A stretch of DNA of 63,985 nt, filler included, from Basidiobolus ranarum (Eukaryota): assembly GCA_040143965.1 (NCBI GenBank). It is 5 parts of 5 records of this genome, joined end to end, with 100 filler letters (N's around TTAATTAATTAA, not from the genome) between each part and the next. Parts side by side here need not be neighbours in the genome. Positions count along the whole stretch, not along the records: positions 26,558 to 39,695 come from JASJQH010000501.1; positions 39,796 to 52,920 come from JASJQH010000502.1; 3 more parts are not named here. One strand, 5' to 3'. A program made the translations under genes and the position numbers. The number at the start of each line of letters is the position of its first letter. The stretch's first letter is position 1. This document shows positions 37,688-50,312 of this stretch, in pieces. The notes under the pieces were generated by a model, which ran no database searches, was not told where the DNA came from, and was given only the letters and a program-made list of their open reading frames with translations.

Positions 37688-39112
37688 TCAACCAGTTTTA
37701 GCTTTGAGATGTGGCCAAAGTAGACATATAACTACAAGCCCTATAAGTGGAAGAGCTGTTTCTAATCCGTAGATTGTGATACTACCGCCGATTACTTGAT
37801 TTGTGGCAGTGCCCCAGACAGCTCCAGTGACTCTCCCAAGGTAGTTGGCATATTGAATGATGACGCTTGTTCTGGTGTTGTATGCATCTGGGAGTATTTT
37901 AGATAGTAGTGATAGGGTGATCGTGCTTATCAAGCTAAATCCCCAGCAGACCAAAAACCAACAAGCTGAATAGGATACCAAGGTAAGGTTTTCCTTGGAT
38001 AGAATTACCAACTGTGGGATCAAACCAGAGATAGCAATACACATGCCAGTCACTAATGTATACCTATCTTGTACTCGTTTCGCTAGAAAACTCAAAGGGA
38101 AAACAAAAGGGAAAGTAGCCAACCCTACCAAGCCAATGAAGTTTCCACTGTTATACTCATTCCATCCAAAATACTTCCCACCCAACAAAGGAACGTTGGA
38201 TTCCCAAGCACCGAGTTCAAAAAACACCGTTGTTGCCAGAAAACACATCAAACCAGCACACATGTATTGATATTTGTTGGGTTTGTACAAGATCAATGTG
38301 AGATTATTCGCTTCTTTGCCGATATTGCTTTCTTCTTTTGTTTCAAATTCGGTTAGAGTATCTTGTTTGCCAACTGATGTTTCAGATGCTGTATCCTGGG
38401 GAATAATCTCTATGAAGAACACTCGCACAGCAATCCAAAATAGTAGCCATACTACTGCCATAACCCAACCAGGAAGGGTATATTGATTGAACAATCGCTG
38501 TACTGTTGGGTTGACGTTCGAGCCCCAACGGATTTTAGATAGAAACCCACCAAGTAATGGACCAACCACCATTCCAATAGCCTGAGTGGTCACGAGGAAG
38601 GAGCTAAGCAATGTCCTACGTCTGATACCGACCAAATTGCCGTCAGTGACATACTTCTTGACAAACATCCAACCGGTGAAGCCAATTCCATTTACCAATC
38701 TTCCTATCAGAATTAGATAGAGAAATTGAGTGTAATCAGCAAGGGCATATAGAATGTGGCCTACACACAAAGTCAGACAGGCAATATCTAGTGGAGGGCG
38801 GTAATGAAGAGGATAGAGTCTGCTAATTGGGATCAAGGTCAACATTGAGGTTAGCGTTACGCAACCAATGGCTAAACCCCCAAAGATAGCATCTGCTTGT
38901 AATGAATCGGCATATCCAGAAACGGTAGGCACAATGATATAGAAGGAAACGTTAAATAAAAAATTGCAAACAAGAATAATTACTAAGGAGGAGAGAGGAG
39001 GAGTTTTTAACTCTTCAGCATTGCTCATCACTTCGCCAGACTGTTCCAGGGATTCACTTCGTACGACTGGATCCTGAGGTGTTTCTGCTTTTGTTTCTTC
39101 TACATGCATCAC
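37688..39112 (-). CDS. Major facilitator superfamily transporter (MFSD8-like), intronless
   Basis: About 12 hydrophobic segments; GRLVNGIG and GMVVGPLLGG MFS motifs; NQYTLPGW as seen in MFSD8-type proteins. Confidence 0.85.
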   Translation of the reverse strand: MMHVEETKAETPQDPVVRSESLEQSGEVMSNAEELKTPPLSSLVIILVCNFLFNVSFYIIVPTVSGYADSLQADAIFGGLAIGCVTLTSMLTLIPISRLYPLHYRPPLDIACLTLCVGHILYALADYTQFLYLILIGRLVNGIGFTGWMFVKKYVTDGNLVGIRRRTLLSSFLVTTQAIGMVVGPLLGGFLSKIRWGSNVNPTVQRLFNQYTLPGWVMAVVWLLFWIAVRVFFIEIIPQDTASETSVGKQDTLTEFETKEESNIGKEANNLTLILYKPNKYQYMCAGLMCFLATTVFFELGAWESNVPLLGGKYFGWNEYNSGNFIGLVGLATFPFVFPLSFLAKRVQDRYTLVTGMCIAISGLIPQLVILSKENLTLVSYSACWFLVCWGFSLISTITLSLLSKILPDAYNTRTSVIIQYANYLGRVTGAVWGTATNQVIGGSITIYGLETALPLIGLVVICLLWPHLKAKTG

Positions 39113-39695
39113 TTCTACGTAGTATCTAACTCGGGAACGTACTTGGCCGAACTTTATTTAAACGGATATCTGAAGTGTATTGAGTCATAGTTGAGCTTTG
39201 AACGGTACTCACGCTCCTCTAACCTTCTCACCTTAATTTGGACTTGACCAAGCATATTTGAAATCAATAAATAGATTTCCCAAGCCAGTTTAAGTAAAGA
39301 ATACAAGCGCATATTAGAAAAACATCATAATCGGACTTATTTGCAATGGCTTAAGTGCAACAGCTTAAATGCACTATGATTGATAATCGCAAAATAATTA
39401 GGGTTATATGTAAGGCTATATCTAGGGTTAGCATGACATTCACCTGTTAATAAGACAATGCTTTCATGGTTAATAAGTCAGCGCTTGCACTCTTAATAAA
39501 TCATAACTTTTACATAAGCGCATATGTAGTATTTAACTAATGTTGATCACCAACATATCGCGTTGTATCAGAAGATGGTGTATTTATCAAGATTGAAGGA
39601 AGAGAGAAGGAACGTGGAGATATATCAAGATTGAAGGAAGGATGACAGAGATTCTAGCTCCTGAAAATAGACCTGGTGGGGGCGGCGTGGAGTTT

Positions 39696-39795
39696 NNNNN
39701 NNNNNNNNNNNNNNNNNNNNNNNNNNNNNNNNNNNNNNNTTAATTAATTAANNNNNNNNNNNNNNNNNNNNNNNNNNNNNNNNNNNNNNNNNNNN
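39696..39795. other. Assembly gap linker
   Basis: N44-TTAATTAATTAA-N44. Confidence 0.99.
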
Positions 39796-40493
39796 CGCAA
39801 TGAGTCTTCTTCAAGGTCGAGGATATGTTGTTACTGCTTACAATGCTATGAATCTTAAGTGGTTAAAAATTATGGTCATTCAGGTAATCTAGTATTATAT
39901 CCCCTCAAACTGGCTGAAGTTGTTCTAGGCAATGTCAGTTGATTGAACACTTAGTGAAAAAGTCCAAGTGGAAGCTGTCTCTGCAGCTATATATTTCACA
40001 AGAGCAAGCTCATGCACAATCATTTCTGAATTGGCCTCTTGGCAAAATTTTGAAGTCAAAACGCCAGTTTCTTTCTCCTCCAAGATATAGGAATCATGGC
40101 AGACAAGGAGGCATTAAACATGTAAAGAAGTTAGATTGATTCTAATGCTAGAAAAAATGCATACATTTGTATACTTGGCTGGAGCACAGGCCTACTGTGT
40201 AAGTTAGTGCAGTTAGACAAGTAGACACTCATTGATTAGTAAACTTGTTTCATGGGAGCATGTCAGACTGCATTGCTCAATCTAGTCTGCTAACATGCTG
40301 TGAGCTGATTTGTCAGTTACTATGGCCAGGTCCTATAAACACAATCAGACTTTGAAGCCTTTGGACATAATGTGATAGCAATTGGGCATAATGATATTTT
40401 GGAAATAAGTACCTAACCCCTTTTTATAGTAGAAGCTTGATCTCTTTTTACTGGCTGTGGCCATGGTTTTCTGGCAGTATAAGTTGGAGTATA

Positions 40494-42693
40494 TAATACA
40501 AGTGTAGAATGGATTTTGAAGTGTTTCAGACAAGATTTTGTTTTGTGAACTAGATGCTTGAGTTTAATTGGAATCAATAGGTCTTTTATAATTTACTACA
40601 AAGTAGGACTATTGGACATGCTCAGATAATAACAAACATGCCTGTGAAGCATGGGTGAAAAATTGAGATGATTTGGAGAGGTTTTGAAAAAATAATGAAA
40701 ATTGGTAAAAGTGATCTAATTGATATTTCCATCAATTGGAGCAATAAATGCATGTTTCTGAATATCAGAACTGCATGCTAAATAATCAGAATATGAATAA
40801 ATAAACTACTGAATAATCAGTAGCTATTTTTCTATTCAACATATTCACTCAACTAATTATTTTGTATTTGTTTTAAACCTAGCTTATATCTTGATGATTC
40901 AAATTATGCTTTAGCCAAGGTTTGGTTAAGATATCAGCAATCATTTCTTCAGTAGGGTAAAATTCCAATACAATCATTTTATTCTTAATTACTTCTCTGG
41001 CAAAATGATGCCTAATATATATGTGCATTGTTTGAGCATGAAATGTAGGGCTTGTAGCTAATGAGATACAACTTTGTTTATCATCACATATAGTAACAGC
41101 ATGCTTTTTCATGTATCCTAAGTCTGTAAATAACTTCCTTACCTACTCAGCTTCTTGTGTAGTAGCAGAGGCAGCCATATATTCTGCTTCTAGATCCACA
41201 GTTCCTCTCAAATACCTAAATATTGGTTTTACTGTAGTTTTGAAATATTGGCAAACCATTCCCTGTGTCACAGCAATCTCTGGACATGTCCCAGCCATTG
41301 TTTACAGTAAACTTCCCAACATGGATTGATAAGTGAACTCATGGCTTTGACTTGTGTTAATTTGGACTCAATTGGATAAATCTTGAGTAAATTTGCATTG
41401 GGAACCATTGATGTTGATACAGGCTTGCTAAACTCTGCCTTGAAGCATTATAGGATGTACAGAATATAGTTATAATGATTCAGCATGATTTTCTGATTGG
41501 TTTTATTTTTCTTGATTTAGATTATACATAAATAATTAAGTTACCCACTTCAGTCATCTGAAATTGGTATCATAAGCTACTTTTTATCTGATTGAGTGCT
41601 TCCAGGTCATTTGCGGCTATGAGCAAGTCATCCACATATATTGCCAAGAAAAGAATACTTTTTCTGGGCTTTTGATGTAAATGTTGTGATCTGCAGTACA
41701 TTTTTGGATTCCATTGATTTTAAATAGGTATCTATCTTGTTGTTCCATGCCCTGGGTGCTTGCTTGGATTGATATTGTATTTTTGCAGTGTACAGCCCAT
41801 ACCAGGGTGTTTGGGTCAACAAATTCATCTTGTTGCTCCACATAGATTGCTTCTTCCAGATTTCCATTGGACACCTGCAAGTACCAGGATTGGTTGAATG
41901 GTGCTAAACTTGGCTACTGGAACAAATGTTTCATTAAGATCCACTCCTGCAGTCTGGCAATCACCTTTTGCAAATAATCTTGTTCTCTACATATCTATGG
42001 TTCCATCAATTTGGTTTTGGACTTTATAGACCCATTTGCAACATATTGGTTCTCTTCCTGATGGCAGGAGACTTAAAACACATATTTTATTGGTGTGAAG
42101 TGAAAAAAGTACATCAAAGATTGCAATCTCCCATAACTTTGATGCTGGATACTCTAGATCTTTATGTAGAATTTGTGGCTTGTCACAGAATGAGTTATAA
42201 GCATTGACATCATCATAAGAGATGTTACACCAGTACCCTAGCTGATCCTTGGGGTGCTGAAACATTCTCTGATATAATTGGGGCTGGAAATTTGTGTGAA
42301 TTGAGGTAAGATAGAGCAGGAATTTTGTGAGACACTCTCTGAGTAGTGCTGATTGTGTTTTCTGGATCAAGAACCATTGTTTGAGATGAAAAATTTGCTT
42401 TTCATAAGAATGCAAAGCTCTGAACTGGATTAATTTCTGATTTTTGGTATCAAGCAGCCTGTAGGCCTTAGATTCACCATAGTAACCGTGAAATTTGCAC
42501 TTTCTGCTTGCTAGTTCCAATTTGGAGCATTTTTGAGCTGGAATTAGGCAATATGTTGTGCAACCAATGATTCTGAGACAAACCAAACCCGGTTTTGATT
42601 CTTGTAGGGATACAAGTTGAGTAGAATCTTCTAGTAATCCTGTGGAGCATCAGTTTTGGATACAGATTGCAATAGAGAGAGATTTAGCCCAAT
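40494..42693 (-). mobile_element. Decayed Ty1/copia copy A (late integrase, RT, RNase H, 3' LTR 40494-40841)
   Basis: LRIIGC, KCKFHGY..ESKAYRL, PICCKWVYKV, GNLEEAIYVEQ, KQAPRAWN, RNase H HIYIRHHF and EMIADILTK; many stops and frameshifts. Confidence 0.9.
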
Positions 42694-45230
42694 ATAATGG
42701 TGCCTCAGACTGGAAATCAATCATCTGCAAGTATTGAAAGAAACTAGGCCATTTACTCAAAGATTGCAGAAACAGGATTTTTGCCAAAAAGCTAAAGTTG
42801 GAACATGCAAATGAAGTAAGCACTGATATGGATCATCTATTTGTGTCTGCCCAATAAGTAGCCACTAAAGAAGACCCAGAAACATGCTATAGTGATTCAG
42901 GAGCTTCCCAACATACGTCAAACAATAAGGATTGGTTTTTCAGCTTAAAATCAAATGAAACATGAAAAGTCAACTTGGGCAATGACTAAGTAGTAGATGC
43001 AGTTGGTAAGGGCACAGTTGCACACAATTTTGACCAAAATTCAGCAACACCATCTGCAAAATTGTTTGATGTACTCAATGCACCAAATATAGCAAAGAAT
43101 CTACTCCCAGTAGACCAAGCAACAACTCAAGGACTAAATTGCATACTCAACAAGGCTGGATGCACTATCAAATACTAAAATAATACCAAATTAGCAACAG
43201 GGATGAAAACTCAAAACTTATACAAGCTAGAAATCCACAAATTGCATTCTAAGCAAGCCCACCTGGCAAAAACCAGTGAAAAAGCTGTCAAATGTGGCAT
43301 GGAAGATTAGTACACATTTTGGGAACAAAAACTGCCCCCAATGATCCAAATTCTTCTTGTTTCAGGCTTAAAAATTGAAAATATAATTAAATTGCAACTG
43401 CATGAAGGTTGCATGTAACAAAAACATCACCAACAGCAATTTTCAAGTTCTGGAGAGATTTTATCCACTCAATATCTTGCACTGTTCATATTGATATACA
43501 CTGGCCCATGAAAAACATCTTGCTAGGTGAGAAAAGGTACTTTATGACCTCTATTGATGACAAAACAAGATGTGCATGCGTATTCTTTCTCAAATTAAAA
43601 TCTAAAGCCTGAGCTCCTTTCAAACACTACAAAGCAGTGGTTGCCAAAGAATTAGAACCAAAAACAAGGGTACTAAGGAGAGATACTGGTGAAGAATAAT
43701 GCTCCAAAGACTGTGCTAGTTTTTGTTTTAAACATGGAATGAAGCAACAAGCTACTGTACCTCAAGCTTCACAGCAAAATGGAGTTGCACAATGTGCCAA
43801 TAGGAAAGTGTTTGAGAAGACTAAATCAATGTTGAATGATCAAATATCACATTACCATAGCCTGAATCTGTCTCCACTGCATTCAATATCAGAAGAAGGT
43901 GGCCAACAAAAGATTGCTACAAAATTCTAGTCCATTTAGAGCCTGATATGGATCAAACCAAGTGTTAATCATCCCAGGATCTTTGGTTGCACAGCTTATT
44001 GCCTAATTCAAGCTTAAAAACACTCTAAACTGGAACCTAAAAGCAAAAAGTGCCTATTTCTTGGTTACTCTGATGGATCTAAAGCCTACAGACTGTGTAA
44101 ATCTAAAAATCGTAAGTTAATTAAGTGTGGAGATGCAATATTTAAAGAACAAACAATTTTTTAACCTCAAATCACAGCTTGTGATTGATTAAATACAATC
44201 AGCACTATTCAGGAAGTGTCTGACAAAGGTCCAGCTTTATCAGAGCCCTATTCAATAAGATTCCCATCCTTTTAACAGCAGAGGAAGATTCAGGACCCAA
44301 AAGAACATCCAGAAGGAGAAATAAGCCATGGAACTGGGTGAATACTTGCAATGACAATATATATGCTTATGCAGCATTCTGTGACAAGCCACAGACACTA
44401 GATCAGGATCTGGAGTGTTCAGAATCAGAATTGTGGAAAAACACAATGTCTGATGAGTTTTCTTCTTCTCAGGGTATTAAAACATGAGTTTTAAGTCCTC
44501 CACTATCAAAGAGAAAGCAAATAGGTTGCAAATGTGTCTACAAAGTCAAAGAACTGTGCTGATGTAACCATAGAAAAGTACAAAGCAGGATTAATTACAA
44601 AAGGTTATTACCAGGCTCCAGTAGTTGACTTTAATGTAACTTTTGCTCCAGTAGCCAACTTTAGCTCCAATAGAATAATCCTGGCACTCTTAGCCATCCA
44701 TAAACTTGACTTACATCAAATGGATGTACAAACAGCCTTTTTGAATGGAAATCTAGAAGTGGAGTCCTATATGCAGCTACCAGATGTATTTGCTGACCCA
44801 AAGCATCCAGAAATGGTCAGTAAACTACAAAAAATATTATATGGACTCAAGCAAGCATCCAGCATAGGTTACAACCGCGTAAATACCCATTTGGAATCAC
44901 TGGAATTCCAAATATGCAAACCAGATAACAGTATTTACATCAAAACAACTGGAAATACAAACTTTATCTTGTCACTATACATGGATGACTTGATCATTGC
45001 CCCAAATGATTTAGAAGTACTCAATCAGACAAAATCAGCTGATCAAACCAACTTCAGATGACTGATATGGGTGAATTAAGTTACTTTCTTGGAATCCGAA
45101 TTAACAGAGACAAACCCAATCAGAAAATCATGCTGAATCAGTCTAGATGCATCTAACATATGCTCAAACACTTCTACCTGAAGAATAGCAAGTCTTTATC
45201 AATACCAATGGATCCCAATTTGAAATGAAA
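42693..45230 (+). mobile_element. Decayed Ty1/copia copy B (Zn knuckle, PR, IN, partial RT), opposite orientation to A
   Basis: ICKY*KKLGHLLKDC, DSGASQH, VHIDIHWPM, QQNGVAQ, HQMDVQTAFLNGNL, LYGLKQA, LYMDDL in copia domain order. Confidence 0.9.
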
Positions 45231-45244
45231 GAAAAGTTCTTAGT

Positions 45245-45445
45245 TTTCATTACAAATGTGCCTGTAAAGCATTGGTGAAGATTTAGGTGATTTTGGAAAA
45301 GTTTTGTGAAAATAGCAAAAATAGTTAAAAACTTCAAATTTATATTTCAATCAATTTGAGCAATAAAATGTGTTTTTGAATGGCGCAATTGAGTGCCAAA
45401 TCATCATAATCTGAATAAACCAAGTATTAAATAATGCGTTGCAAT
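45245..45445 (-). mobile_element. Partial family-2 (copia) LTR
   Basis: Aligns with ~40625-40825 and ~45835-46030. Confidence 0.65.
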
Positions 45446-48400
45446 TTACTTAATTTCAAGAGTTTAAAGGCTGCAGTTTGTTTGAATCTAGCAAGAGCAC
45501 CACTATTTGCAACATCTGGCCATTCCCTCTACCGCATAGCAGTATGCATGGGAACATATCATCTTCCTTGAGGATTGGGCCTGACTATCAAGGCTTTGTT
45601 GAGCTTTGCAAGAGCTTGAATACATCTTGCAACACCTATTAGCTTGGTCTAGGTAGGATGTGTGTCATAATCCATTGGTCTCTTCATAGTTTGCCATTGA
45701 TAACAGTGCTTATGGGACTTGGGAGTATTTACGACAAGACTTGGACTTGTGAATTAGCCACTTAAGTTTTTTTGAGTCATATAAGTCTTTTTGGTAGTGT
45801 ACTATGAAGTAGGACTAATGGACATGCTGAGATCATAACAATCATGCCTGCTGAGCATGAGTGAAAACATGAGGTGATTTGGAGAAGATTTGGGAGAAAG
45901 CAAAAATTGGTAAAAGTGATTTAATTGATATTTCTATTAATTTGAGCAATAAACTGACATTTTTGTACAGCAGCATTGAGTGTTAAATAATCACAAGACA
46001 AATAAACTTACTACCATATAATGAGTTGCTGTTTCAACATTCTCACTTCACAAATTATTTTTGAATTTCTCTTAAACCTAACTTGTATCTTGATAATTCA
46101 AATTTTGCTTTAACTAAGATATCAGCAATTATTTCTTCACTAGGGCAACCAACAAGTTCAAATTTATTATTCTCTATTGTTTCTCAAACAAAATGATGCC
46201 TAACTTTTGTATGTTTAGTTGTAGCATGAAATGAAGGGTTCCTAGCCAAGGAAATACAATTTTTGGTATCTTCAATAACACTTATTGCACAATTTTGCAT
46301 ACATCCTAAGTATGTGTAATAACTTCCTTAAACATATAGCTTCTTGTTAAGTAGCAGAGGCAGCCATGTACTCTGCTTCTGTTGTGGAAAGTGCTATGGT
46401 TGGTTGCTTCCTACTATTCTGAATTATAGCTCCATTACCATAGAGAAAGGTATATGCTGTTGTTGATCTTCTATGATGAAGGTTTCTTTAGCAGTCTGCA
46501 TCACTGTAGCCTTCAAAGTTTAGTGCATCAGGAATGTGAGAGTATTCCAGAGCTGGAGTTTCTTGCAAATACCTGAAAACTTGTTTTACTCCAGTTTTTT
46601 GATCAGATCCAAGATTTTTGAGATATTGGCTTACAGTTCCCACCTCCACAGCACTGTCTGGATGTGTTCCAAACATCTTATATATTTAACTACCCATCAT
46701 GAATTGATATGAGAACTCCTGGCTTTGATTTGAGTCTTTTTTAAAGCCCAATCGGATAAAATATTTATTAATTTCACTTTGAGCTCCATTGGTGTTGATA
46801 CAGGTTTGCTATTCTACATGTTGAAGCATACTAGTTTGTCTAGAATCTATCCGCACTGATTTGCATGATATTCCGATTGGGTTCATCTCTCATGATTTTG
46901 ACTTCGAGAAAATAATCTAATTCACCCATATCAATCAGCTGAAGTTGGTTTGATAAGCAGTTTTTTATCTGATTAAGTGCTTCAAGATAATTAGTGACTA
47001 TAATCAAGTCATCCACATATATTGTCAAGATACATATCCTATTTCCAGTTGTATGGATGCAAATGATATGATCAGCTGTGCATTTTTGATATTACAGAAA
47101 TTCTAAATAGGTATCTATCTTGCTGTACCAAGCCCTGAGTGCTTGCTTGAGTTGGTATAATGTTTTTGCAGCTTACAGACTATACCAGGTTGTTTTGGGT
47201 CAACAAATTCATCTGATTACTCTATAAATATCTTTTCTTCTAGCATTATATTCAGAAAGTCTAATTTTACATCCATTTGATATAAATTAAGGTTATGGAT
47301 GGATGAGAGTGCCAGAATTGATCTGATGGCGCTCAACTTCACTACTGGAGCAAAGGTTTCATCAAAATCAACTCCTGGTATATACAAAAAACCTTTTGCA
47401 ACTTATCTTGCTTTGTGTCATTCTATGGTTCCATCAGCTTGGTTTTAAATTTTATATATCCATTTGCAACCTATTGGCTTTCTTCCAGATGGTAGAGGAC
47501 TTAAAACCCACTTTTATTGTCCTGAAGTGAAGAAAACTCCTCACACAATGGTTTTTGCACTAATTTTGTTTCTAGACACTCCAGAGCTTGATCCAGAATC
47601 TGTGGCTTGTTGCAGAATGCTGCATCAGCATGAATTTGGTGCCAATTGTGTGTTCTGGATCAAGAACTGTAATTTGAGTTTAAAAATATGCTTTTTCAAC
47701 ACAAATCACATCACTGCACTTCATTAACTTCTGATTTGCAGTACCAAATAGTCTGTAAGTTTTTAATCCATCACAGTAACCAAGAAATATGCATATATGG
47801 CATTTAGGTTCTAATTTGCAACATTTTTGAGCTGAGATTAGGCAACATGCTATGCCACCAAGGATCCTGAAATGCTCAATACTTGGGTTTGATCCTTATA
47901 GGACTTCAAATGAAGTAGAATTCTGTTGCAATCTTTTGTGGGCATCTGTTTTTGGTATTGACTGTGGTGGAGACAGACTCAGCCCAATATTGGTAATCTA
48001 ACTTTTGATTGTTAAGCATTAATATTGCCATCCCCACTATAGTCCTCTTAGCATGTTCTGCAACTTCATTTTGCTGTGGATTACAAGGTACAGTAGTTTG
48101 TGGCTTGATTCCATGTTGAGAATATTAACATGACAGTCTTTATTACAGTAATCTCCACCAATATCACTGCTTAATACCATTAGTTTTGGTACTGCTTCTT
48201 TCACTACCATTGCTATGCAATGCATGATTGTTGGAAATGCTTCACATTTTGATTTAAAAAAGAATACCCAAGTATATGTTGATTCTCATGCATTATGCTC
48301 ATAAAGTACCTTTTGCCACCCAGTGAGAAATTTTTCATGGGCCCACATAGGTCAATTTGAATACAAACAAAAGTCTGAGTGGAATAGATCTTTTGAGCTT

Positions 48401-49268
48401 GATAATGGTTGTCTATTATGTTTTTCATATATGCGACCTTCACAGAGATCTAATTTAGTGTAAGTTTCAATTTTCAAGCCTGAAACAAGCTGATTTTGGA
48501 TTCTTTGAGTGAGTTGATGTTTCCCAAGATGGCCTAGTCCTCTATGCCATATTTAACAGCTTATTTCACCAGTTTTGGCCCAGTTTGCATATTCAGAATT
48601 TAATTTGTTGATATTGATAGTTTGTGCATGTTTTGAGTTTTGAACCCAATATCAATTTGATATTACTCTGATCTATGATAGTGAATCCAGCCTTAGTGTA
48701 CATGAACCATAGTTCTTGAGTTGTTGCTTGGTTTACTGAGAGTAAATTCTTGGCAATATTAATACATACAGTACATTATGCAATTTTGCAGATGGTGTAG
48801 CTAAATTGTGGTCATTTGTAGTGATTACTGATAGGGCAGTCACAAAAAGATGATCCCTATTAGTGCTTACTTGACTTGCCTGTTCCAATTTCAGCCTTTT
48901 GGCAAAAAACCTTTTTCTGTGATCTTTGATTGTTTGGCCTGGTGTCTTGCAATACTTGTTGATGATTGATTTCCTATCAGGGGCACCACTATTGAAGCCT
49001 GTTCAAAATTTACAGCTTCAAAAAAACTTGCTCTGTATTATTTGCTGAAAATTAGAACTCCTTACTTCCACATTCAAAAGCCCAGCACCAACATATTCCA
49101 TTGTAAATGGCTGTGATCTTTATTTTAAGGCAATTACAAGATTCCCAAACTTCTCTTGCAGGCTCCCAAGTAGTGTCATGACTAAGGCATCTTCATTTAG
49201 AGGTGCTCCAATGCATGAGAGCTGATCTGCCATAATTTTTGTCAGATATATATGATCAAGCATAGAAT

Positions 49269-49450
49269 GGACTTGTTCTCTGTGATAGTACAAGATTATG
49301 CTGTAAATATCATATTGGATATAGAATTCTAAAATATATATGGCACAATTTGGCACTAGCCATCACCCTCTGGCATAATCAATTTCAATTACATTTACTT
49401 TAATTTAATGATCAAAGGTCTAAGAAATCCTGGCACAATGTAACATGTCC
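49269..49450. mobile_element. MITE (~180 bp), TIR GGACTTGTT/AACATGTCC, 3-bp TSD AAT, inserted in copia gag
   Basis: AAT|GGAC...GTCC|AAT. Removing the element plus one TSD restores gag ...IQMNSDD-S-MLDHI.... Second copy at 50141-50312. Confidence 0.85.
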
Positions 49451-49831
49451 AATCGTCTGAATTCATCTGAATTGAGAATAATTTCTGCCTGAGATAAAGC
49501 CTATTAACCAGACCTTTTTTCACATATAGTCCCTCAAGAATTTTCCAAGCAGCTTGGACATTTTTGGCTGAGTGTATATGTCTCAATTGAGAGTCTCTGA
49601 GATGTGGGCAAAGTTTAGAGATTGATTTCCTCTTCTTGTTGCTAAAGGGTAGGATAGCTTTTAGTGGTCCCTTTGGCTCTACTTCTTCTCATGTAACAAC
49701 TCCCCAAAGGTCCTTGTCTTCAAGATCCATTTGTGTCTTGAATTTCCAAAGGTAAAAGTCTTCACCATCAAACTTTTCTGTGGATGCAAAAATGTTGGTA
49801 ATTGTACTAACAGACATGCCTTTAACAGCTA

Positions 49832-49848
49832 GCTCAGGGCTTATAACC
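49832..49848 (-). promoter_or_regulatory. Primer-binding site complementary to the anticodon arm of tRNA-iMet (half-tRNA priming)
   Basis: Minus strand reads ...TTTTGTCA|GGTTATAAGCCCTGAGC directly after the LTR end; resembles the GGTTATG(A/G)GCCC PBS of yeast Ty5 and Drosophila copia. Confidence 0.75.
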
Positions 49849-50140
49849 TGACAAAAGTGTTTAGGGGAATTGGAAATATTTTGGACAAGATTTGGATTTG
49901 TGAATCAGACACTTAAGCTTTATTGAGTTGAATACGTCCTATTAATTGTTTACTATGAAATAGCATTATTTCACATGCTTAGATCATAGCAATCATTCCT
50001 TTAAAGCCAGGGTGTTAATTTGAGGTGATTTGGAGTGGTTTTGAGCAACTAGTTAAAATTGGCAAAAGCAATCTAATTGATTGAAATATGAATTAGAGCA
50101 ATTATCACACATTTTTCAATTGCAGAAATGAGTGATATAT

Positions 50141-50312
50141 GGACTTGTTCTCTCTGATAGTGCCAGATTGTGCTGTATAAATTATATTGGATAAAGTCCT
50201 CCAAAATTTTTGTGGCACAATTTGGCACTCTCTGGCATGATCAATTTCAATTACACTTATTCTTGTATATTGATCCAAGGTATGATAAATCCTGGCACAT
50301 TGAAACAAGTCC
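50141..50312. mobile_element. Second MITE copy, inserted in the 5' LTR of copia C
   Basis: Perfect TIR GGACTTGTT/AACAAGTCC; flanks TAT/AAT. The empty site in the sister LTR (~45978-46005) reads GAGTGTTAAATAATC. Confidence 0.82.

Noticed and set aside
39584-39640. Direct repeat TATCAAGATTGAAGGAAG twice
   Set aside because: Only two units beside a gap; not a CRISPR array, probably transposon debris.
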